A DNA stretch of 63,632 nt, the filler included, from Fonticula-like sp. SCN 57-25 (lineage: Eukaryota): assembly GCA_001724245.1 (NCBI GenBank). It is 7 parts of 7 records of this genome, joined end to end, with 100 filler letters (N's around TTAATTAATTAA, not from the genome) between each part and the next. Parts side by side here need not be neighbours in the genome. Positions count along the whole stretch, not along the records: positions 56,358 to 63,632 come from MEDX01000697.1; 6 more parts are not named here. The stretch is one strand, 5' to 3'. Below the pieces are notes generated by a model. That model was given only the letters and a program-made list of their open reading frames with translations. It was not told the DNA's origin and did not search any database. This document shows, one piece after another, positions 57,004 through 63,632 of the stretch. Numbering within the stretch: the first letter of the stretch is position 1; the number at the start of each line of letters is the position of its first letter. The translations under genes were made by a program, and so were the position numbers.

Positions 57004-59019
57004 ATGTACAAGAGAAAGATTATCGACGAAGGTTATTTCCCCTCGAAGAAGCAGCGCACGGAAAAAGAGTGCACACCACCCTACGACACTTCCTCCGTGT
57101 TTTCCCTCCGAGAGTTGTTCGACACGATCCTCAGTTTCGTGCCCGATCAGCCCACGAACGTACGAAACTTCACAAGAAACGAAGAGATGCTCCTAAGACT
57201 GGGTTTCAACGCCCGATTGAAAATAGATCCCATAGCATACGACTCTACGTTCACTCTGTTCATTTTACAACACGTATCAAAGACATTTCGAACGATGACC
57301 AAGGCGTATATAAAGGGAAAGAGAGACATAGAAGAGAAGATGAAGAAGGGGATCTCTTTTCAGAACTTTTATTGCGCAGCTGCAAACTTGGGCTATGCTT
57401 CCGTCATGCTATTTTGCGAGAAGGAATTCCTGGACGTTTGCGATAATGCACCCCTGGGCAAATATCCTCGCGATAAAAAATACCCGAGCCGCATTCCGTT
57501 TCGAAAAGAGGTGTTCAAACTAGTACACCGTCGTGCCATTAATTATGCCGTGCATGGTGGAAACAGTGAAGCATTTCGATGTCTCCCTCTTGCCATAAAA
57601 GACGAATTGATGGAGACAAAATTCAAGAGAAAAGTGGGGAAGTACGCAATCGCGCTCGTGGCTTCACGAAGTGGAAATATGGACTTTATGTTTACATTTC
57701 TCAAAGATCACTTCCGTCCCAACGATAAAGACGAGTTAATGTGCACAGCCGCGTTATCTGGCAATCTCAAACATTTCAAATCGGTCATTAGAAGATATTG
57801 CTACTGTGAATTCCCACTTGGTCCAGTGCCGAAATCATATCTCGCCAAAAACAAATTTGAATTGCACCCCATTGTTATCAGCGCAGCTGTAATATCCGAG
57901 AACGAAGAACTCATCGATTTTGTGCTTGGATTGATCGAAGACTTGGACGGAGAACGAAGGTTTTGTGCAGACCAAAACGAAATGTTGTTTGCCGCTCTTT
58001 TGGCAGCACTGGAGACAAAAAACACGCCATTAGCGCTCCGCATTCTGAAGAACACCAAATTGCACACATTGTCGACCAAAAATTCGGACGCGAGACTCAC
58101 ATGCATGATGGTGGAAGCGTGCGCATCTATCGGCTCTCTAGAACTATTTGACGCAATTTACAACAGAATAGAAACTGTTTATAAGCGCATTTCCAGACCA
58201 ATTTCCAAGGCAATCGAAAGACAAGATTATCCTTTTGCGTTGATGTTTCTAGAGAGAGGATTCGAACCGGACAACGACGAGATCGTCAGTCTCCTCGTAA
58301 ACACCGACAAGACGATAGATTTTTTTGCGGACATTGGACAAGCTCGAATGGAGATAATCTGCGCCAAATTGGCTCACGCAGGCGCAGTCGAGACATTCAA
58401 GAGCATCGCCAGACGTATTCCCTTGTCACATGAAATCGCAGAAGCAGCAGCCGGAAACTTGGAACTCGTCAAATACGTCCACCAAAGGGATGCCCAATGG
58501 CTCAACACAATGTGCGACATATGTACTGACTCTAATTGTCTGGAATACCTCGTGGACCACGGAGCTATTTTATCCGAAAATGTTTGTCCAAACTTTGTAG
58601 AAAAAGGAACACTAGAAGGACTGAAGTACGCAAGATCAAGAGGAGCACCATGGGGTTCCTTTTTCAGCAATTGTTTTGTATTTTCATTGAGCCGATCGGC
58701 GGAAATGGTACAATATTTCCTAGAGCAACCCGAGATAGGATACATTGACAAAGAAGATACACTATTCACATCCAAGGCAGGATGTTTGGAAGTTTTGGCG
58801 CTTTTACGAAGCAACGGATTTGCATGGAATTCGAACGTAATTTACCAAGCCATCAAAAGGGATGACCTAGTAACTCTAACCTACGCTCACGAGATGGGGT
58901 GTTCGTTTGGCACCTGCAACCTCATAAAATTAAGCAAGAGACATAGCTTAAAGTGCAGAGCCTATCTGAGATCAGTGGGCTACGTTGTCAATATACTTGT
59001 ACAAGACGAATATTTGTAA
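57004..59019 (+). CDS. F-box-like + ankyrin repeat protein (giant-virus-like)
   Basis: Basic N-terminus KRK..KKQR; LRELFDTILSFV; degenerate ankyrin units AALSGNLKHF, AAAGNLELVKYV, LKYARSRGAPW, LTYAHEMGC. Intronless. Confidence 0.75.
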   Translation: MYKRKIIDEGYFPSKKQRTEKECTPPYDTSSVFSLRELFDTILSFVPDQPTNVRNFTRNEEMLLRLGFNARLKIDPIAYDSTFTLFILQHVSKTFRTMTKAYIKGKRDIEEKMKKGISFQNFYCAAANLGYASVMLFCEKEFLDVCDNAPLGKYPRDKKYPSRIPFRKEVFKLVHRRAINYAVHGGNSEAFRCLPLAIKDELMETKFKRKVGKYAIALVASRSGNMDFMFTFLKDHFRPNDKDELMCTAALSGNLKHFKSVIRRYCYCEFPLGPVPKSYLAKNKFELHPIVISAAVISENEELIDFVLGLIEDLDGERRFCADQNEMLFAALLAALETKNTPLALRILKNTKLHTLSTKNSDARLTCMMVEACASIGSLELFDAIYNRIETVYKRISRPISKAIERQDYPFALMFLERGFEPDNDEIVSLLVNTDKTIDFFADIGQARMEIICAKLAHAGAVETFKSIARRIPLSHEIAEAAAGNLELVKYVHQRDAQWLNTMCDICTDSNCLEYLVDHGAILSENVCPNFVEKGTLEGLKYARSRGAPWGSFFSNCFVFSLSRSAEMVQYFLEQPEIGYIDKEDTLFTSKAGCLEVLALLRSNGFAWNSNVIYQAIKRDDLVTLTYAHEMGCSFGTCNLIKLSKRHSLKCRAYLRSVGYVVNILVQDEYL

Positions 59020-59061
59020 CTCGTGCGTGTGCTAATAAAACTTTACTTTGGACGAATCGTT

Positions 59062-60084
59062 TTATTCGTACGCGGGACAGCCATTTTGTAAGGCATACAT
59101 GATACAATCACCATGGCTAATCTTTTGACCTTCTCTGGATTGAGGGGCAGTACATTCGACAGAGTTGAATTTGACTAGGGCCTCAGATGCATTCATCACG
59201 CATCTCATGTGCTGCCCGTACGCTAATTGAACTCCGCGCACGCCCAAGGGGCAGCCGTTTCGATGGGCATACTCGAGACACTCGATGGAGCCACCCATGG
59301 CCGCGTATTCGCACGTGAGTTCGTCCCAAGGACAGCCTCGATTGTGTAAGAACTGTAGACATTCCAAGTGGCCTCCTTTGGCTGCCTTTGCACACGCCAG
59401 ATAGTCCCAAGGCGCTCCGTATTCTCTCAAACGTCGTATGGCCTCTATATTTCCGCGAGAAGCTGCCATGGCTATAGCGGTAATGTTCCAGGGGCACCCT
59501 CTCTTGAAGAGGTAATCGATCACTTCGAGCGATTCGGAAAAAGCGGCACTAGCAAACAACGATGGATCCATCTCGACACCGCCGTGAGTCAAAATGTAGT
59601 CGAGGCACTTGATGTGTCCCTTGTTGGCCGCTTGATTGGCCGAATATTCCGGTATCTTGGAACCTTGCATGTGGGCGTAGACGAGACATTCCAATTGACC
59701 GTATTCGGCTGCCGCGCCGCAAGGACGGACGCACTCTGATTTCTTGTCCTTCAACAGCAACTTTAGGCAATCCAAGCTCCCGTGCGCTGCTGCGACTTCG
59801 GCTGCGTCACCTGTCCAGGGGCACTCGTTTATGAGAGCGTAGGTGACAATGTCCACTCTGTTGACCGCGGCGGCATTGTCCATCGTGGCTTCGTCCCATT
59901 CGCAACCTCTTTCGCGCAGGAATCGCAGGGCGTCGAATTGTCCGGATTTTGCGGCCAATGCACAGTGGTAGGGCGTGAGTGGCATTCCTCTCGCGGTGCA
60001 TTGTGCGATGACGTCCAAATGTCCACTTACGATGGCCTCTTCGAGTTCGTCCTTGGGGGTGATAGTCGAGATAACGCGTTGCAT
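59062..60084 (-). CDS. ankyrin repeat protein of the GCPW type
   Basis: Repeated AAxxGxLxxLxYxxxxGCPWD units typical of amoebal giant viruses. ATG 60084 preferred over the ORF-track start at 60246. Confidence 0.88.
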   Translation of the reverse strand: MQRVISTITPKDELEEAIVSGHLDVIAQCTARGMPLTPYHCALAAKSGQFDALRFLRERGCEWDEATMDNAAAVNRVDIVTYALINECPWTGDAAEVAAAHGSLDCLKLLLKDKKSECVRPCGAAAEYGQLECLVYAHMQGSKIPEYSANQAANKGHIKCLDYILTHGGVEMDPSLFASAAFSESLEVIDYLFKRGCPWNITAIAMAASRGNIEAIRRLREYGAPWDYLACAKAAKGGHLECLQFLHNRGCPWDELTCEYAAMGGSIECLEYAHRNGCPLGVRGVQLAYGQHMRCVMNASEALVKFNSVECTAPQSREGQKISHGDCIMYALQNGCPAYE

Positions 60085-60264
60085 TTTGTTTTGGAGGAGT
60101 GTGGTGTGGTGTTTGAAATGTGTTAAAACAATGAATTTTGGAATTCGCCTTTTATCCTCGAACGCGAACATCACTTTTTCAATTCTTTGCGTCCAGAATG
60201 TCCGAATTCCGGAATGGGGAATTTTGATTTTAATAATGGGACGCATTTAGTTTCGAAAGTAATT

Positions 60265-61209
60265 TTATTCGTGTGTCATCATCATTCCAATACAATCGCA
60301 AGGGCACCCATTTGCATGCACATATTCTAGCATTTCTTCATCGGCCCTATTACAAGCGTATAGGCAAACATCTCCTGTCATTCGGGCTCCATTTTCGTAC
60401 AGGTACTTTAAGCACTCGAGTCGACCATACTTGGCTGCCACCTCGCAAATATTAGCGAGCCATTTTTGTTTGTAACGACTGTCATCTTTCCATTTTTGTG
60501 GATTCTCGTGCATATATTTTAGACAATCCAATCGACCGAGTTGGACGGCACGCGTAAACGCCCTTTCCCAATGATATATCAAGCCTTCATCGACGATATA
60601 TTTAAAGCACTTTGGGCTATTGTTTTCGATTGCAGCGATCAGATTGTAGTCGTCGTTGACGTACCAACCAAGCGATGGTACAAACTCGAGCATTTTGACG
60701 TCGTCCAATCTCACCGCGGCAAGACCTGGTTCTTGGTCATCCAGTACTGATTGGTATTGGGAGGGGGACTTCCATTTATCGACGTCATAATTTGGTAGGG
60801 TCCTTCTTTTCAAATCCTCTATTTTTCTCACCAGTCTTTCTCTGTCACCTCGTGTGGATTCGAGTGCACGCAGTCGTTCTTCTGAACCTTTTGCAAAGTT
60901 CTGTACGCTCTCCGTTAATTTTTTGAGTTCACCTTTTGCTTCTTTCAACCCCTTTGATATCTCTTTAAGTTCACGGTTCATGACGCGTTCATTTTCAACT
61001 GAAATGCCGGAAAAGCGTTCTGACACATCTCTGAACATTGCCAAAGCGATAATCCTATTATCTCTATCCAAAGTGCTTAGAATCTGCGACCATATTTCGT
61101 TGGGCAAGCATTCACCCGAGGTATCATCAGTGGATTTTAACACCTTGGCCTTTCTTTCTTCTTCTTCTTCGTCGCCGTGGTCTTCGCGTTTTCTTTTTTT
61201 GTCTTCCAT
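60265..61209 (-). CDS. F-box + coiled coil + ankyrin repeat protein
   Basis: MEDKKRKRE (NLS-like); LPNEIWSQILSTL (F-box); AAKYGRLECLKYLYENGA; LEYVHANGCP. Confidence 0.85.
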   Translation of the reverse strand: MEDKKRKREDHGDEEEEERKAKVLKSTDDTSGECLPNEIWSQILSTLDRDNRIIALAMFRDVSERFSGISVENERVMNRELKEISKGLKEAKGELKKLTESVQNFAKGSEERLRALESTRGDRERLVRKIEDLKRRTLPNYDVDKWKSPSQYQSVLDDQEPGLAAVRLDDVKMLEFVPSLGWYVNDDYNLIAAIENNSPKCFKYIVDEGLIYHWERAFTRAVQLGRLDCLKYMHENPQKWKDDSRYKQKWLANICEVAAKYGRLECLKYLYENGARMTGDVCLYACNRADEEMLEYVHANGCPCDCIGMMMTHE

Positions 61210-61292
61210 GTTGCTGTGTTTGTCAATCAAAAATAAATGGCTCATCTTTGACAATTTTATTTTTTTTTCCTTGTTCAGAATATTGGAATTTG

Positions 61293-62447
61293 TTACAAGC
61301 GCGAGTGTTTGGACCTCGTGGTGGAATACAAGTAGCGAATGTTCATGATGTGGTCGCCAATGTATCTCATATGAGCAGCTTGTCGTGCGTCGTAAACTTT
61401 ACCGCTCTCCACGGGTCTGCCGTTCAAGAACAAACCTCGCAAAATGACGCGCTCGGTAAACTCTGCGTTGGTGCGCTTCTGAGGGTCCACCTTGTTGCCG
61501 TCCACAATCTTTTCCACGGTAGGGGTGACAAACTTGATCGCCACGGTGTTTTTGGGCAAATTCAAGCGACGAGAGCCCTTCTCTTCCTTGTATGCAACGG
61601 GAGAAGGTGTGACGTGGAATGAACTCTCCACGTCCCAAGGTGCGTCGTAACCCCATTTAGTGCCCACGTAGGCTGCCATTTGAACACCTATCTTGGGGTC
61701 TAATTTGGCCACGTCGTCCACGTAGTACTTGACGCCGCGCACGGGTATTTGATGGCAACCTGCTCTGAAATTAGAGCAGACCATGTTTTGGTAGCGCTCG
61801 CAAATGTTGGGTAAGATGGGCTCGGTGGGCATGGAGAACTCTCCCTTGGACATGATTCTGTGGGCAATGTCAGCGATTGCAACGCAGTTCAAATGGCGTC
61901 GCTCAGGGTCCCAGGATAGCTTGGGGCCATAAGTCTCGAACAATCCGTAAGGGTGAACTGCGTCCGGGTGGTCCATAAACTCGATCACGGATTTGATAAA
62001 GTGAGGGTAAGCGACGGGAAAGACGTTGACGTCGGGAAGTCCTGCGAGTTGAATCGAAGTCTCCACGGGTGCCATTCTGCCAAGAACTTTGGACGTGTCG
62101 AACGTATTGAAGACTCTTCCCGTTGCAATGGGTACGGTTTTGGTGGGTGGCAAGCTCTCTTGGTGCAAGACAGCGGCCACCAATTCACCCACGTCGTTTC
62201 TCCACATGGAAGCAGTACCCAAATGGTGAATGGTGCTGTAAGTGGCTTTGAAGCGTATAAAGAGCTCGAATCCCTTGTGCTTGGGAGCCATTTTGGCCGA
62301 TTTGATCCACAATGCGCGTTCGAGTTGCGTCAGCCATTGTTCCGCACACTGGGATCGTAAGTATTTGGCGATGAGTTTGTCTGCGTTGCCGAGAGTGGTG
62401 CGCAACTCTTCCGAGGTAGGGGGAAACCAGTTCCCTGTGTGTCCCAT
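61293..62447 (-). CDS. hypothetical protein (~384 aa)
   Basis: Long ORF with coding-like composition. ATG 62447 follows an AT-rich intergenic tract. No motif recognised. Confidence 0.65.
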   Translation of the reverse strand: MGHTGNWFPPTSEELRTTLGNADKLIAKYLRSQCAEQWLTQLERALWIKSAKMAPKHKGFELFIRFKATYSTIHHLGTASMWRNDVGELVAAVLHQESLPPTKTVPIATGRVFNTFDTSKVLGRMAPVETSIQLAGLPDVNVFPVAYPHFIKSVIEFMDHPDAVHPYGLFETYGPKLSWDPERRHLNCVAIADIAHRIMSKGEFSMPTEPILPNICERYQNMVCSNFRAGCHQIPVRGVKYYVDDVAKLDPKIGVQMAAYVGTKWGYDAPWDVESSFHVTPSPVAYKEEKGSRRLNLPKNTVAIKFVTPTVEKIVDGNKVDPQKRTNAEFTERVILRGLFLNGRPVESGKVYDARQAAHMRYIGDHIMNIRYLYSTTRSKHSRL

Positions 62448-62611
62448 GCGTAAAAGTGAGGGGGCGCTAAATAAAGAAGCAAATGCACGTGTATTTTCTT
62501 TTGTACTTGACACATGACAGCTGACGCGAACGCGACGGAATAAATCAAAAAAAAATTTATTGTTGATAGCGAGCGTACAAAGTTGCCTAAATTCGAAAGA
62601 CGGTGGCAAAA

Positions 62612-63109
62612 CTAACGCACGATGCCGTCCGGGAAATGTTTCTTGTGAAATTTCTTGAGTGCGATCATGCATTTGTAGTGGTCTTTTCTTCCATCGGGTC
62701 CGCAGGTCAGCCCATTGTACAAGGCGTTGCAAGGTACGTGACCAGACTGGCACTTGGCTTGGGCGTCTCCGTGATGACCCTTGGAGTGCGATAAAAGGTA
62801 CTTTAACCCCTTGTGAAAGCCCACCTCGGCGCATTTTCTCACAAAGAAATAGAATATGCCACATTGATCGTCCAAATCGACGTGAGCAGTGCTACACAGA
62901 TTGACCAGGCTTTCCAAGTCGTATTCTTCGATGCACTTTTCACCGCGGTCGAGAGTGGCCTTGGTAGTGCCAATGCACGCGCATTGGTGGCCGTCGATGT
63001 GCTCCTCACCAACTAACATGGTGCATACAATGTCGTGCTTCCAAGGTGTGTTGTTTCCTGCGACAAAGGGTGCCTGGTATTGTAGTGATGATACCGTTGC
63101 GTTGCTCAT
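62612..63109 (-). CDS. hypothetical Cys/His-rich protein, possibly with a degenerate ankyrin unit
   Basis: ATG preceded by an A9 tract; CAEVGFHKGLKYLL is ankyrin-like. Confidence 0.6.
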   Translation of the reverse strand: MSNATVSSLQYQAPFVAGNNTPWKHDIVCTMLVGEEHIDGHQCACIGTTKATLDRGEKCIEEYDLESLVNLCSTAHVDLDDQCGIFYFFVRKCAEVGFHKGLKYLLSHSKGHHGDAQAKCQSGHVPCNALYNGLTCGPDGRKDHYKCMIALKKFHKKHFPDGIVR

Positions 63110-63632
63110 TCTTTTTTTTTGGTGGTGGTCGATAGGCGTTGTTCTGTTGTGTTGTTCTGTTTTGTTTGGTGCTACAAGAACAGAAGCAAAATTTTATTTA
63201 TGTGCATTTTTCCAGAAAATCCGAAAACGGAATCAATTCTAAAAATATAAATAGCGCTCTTTCCTGGCGCTTTGGAATACCAAATTATCAGCATGAAACC
63301 AATCTCACAAACAACAACCACTCTCGTTAGCAATGTGGCTCGGTAACTAGAGAGGCATTTATTTGAGAGATGTAATGACACAAGGTGGTTTTGAGTATAG
63401 CCCTGTGCGCGACCATGGACTAGAAATGTTATGGGATGCGTTTTTATTTGGTCCTGTGCTTCATTATTACATCAATACATTTGACGTGGTCTTTCTCGTT
63501 TCCTCCACAGTAATCAAACCGGTATTTGCGCCAGCATTTCATGTGCTCTGGTATGCATTTGGCGTGCTCATCCGCGCAAATTGTTATCAAATGAAACAAA
63601 TCCACGCGTATGTCGACATTGAGGAGGAATTC

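Overview
This window is not one locus. It is seven contigs joined by 100-bp artificial linkers (44 N + TTAATTAATTAA + 44 N): 1-9974, 10075-19958, 20059-29798, 29899-39336, 39437-48623, 48724-56257 and 56358-63632. Synteny only means something within a contig. Contigs 1-6 look eukaryotic (spliceosomal introns in 2-6, CCAAT boxes in 1) and probably come from several protist- or fungus-like genomes. Contig 7 looks like a giant virus (Nucleocytoviricota). Contig 1: a GT10 fucosyltransferase followed by three tandem genes that each fuse a TPT/DMT-like multi-pass transporter to a polysaccharide pyruvyltransferase, a candidate unit that both imports PEP and uses it for pyruvylation. Contig 2: a degenerate KDZ (Kyakuja-Dileera-Zisupton) transposon with a divergent HMG-like gene. 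Contig 3: a tandem Roco pair, namely an LRR-Roc(PH-like insert)-COR gene with one LRR per exon, and a paralog lacking the LRRs, with degenerate GTPase motifs, spliced to a TIR domain and a C-terminal membrane anchor. Contig 4: HAD phosphatase, GH30, BTB-BACK, UEV, PB1-MAPKKK and RING genes. Contig 5: three WD40-coil-SAM-SAM paralogs plus PPP1R21, with a strong excess of CACGTG. Contig 6: an RRM-Ycf45 ATPase, a truncated hybrid histidine kinase abutting a MULE remnant, and a Tc1/IS630 pseudogene. Contig 7: F-box and ankyrin viral-type genes. All calls come from reading motifs by eye; no database search was run.
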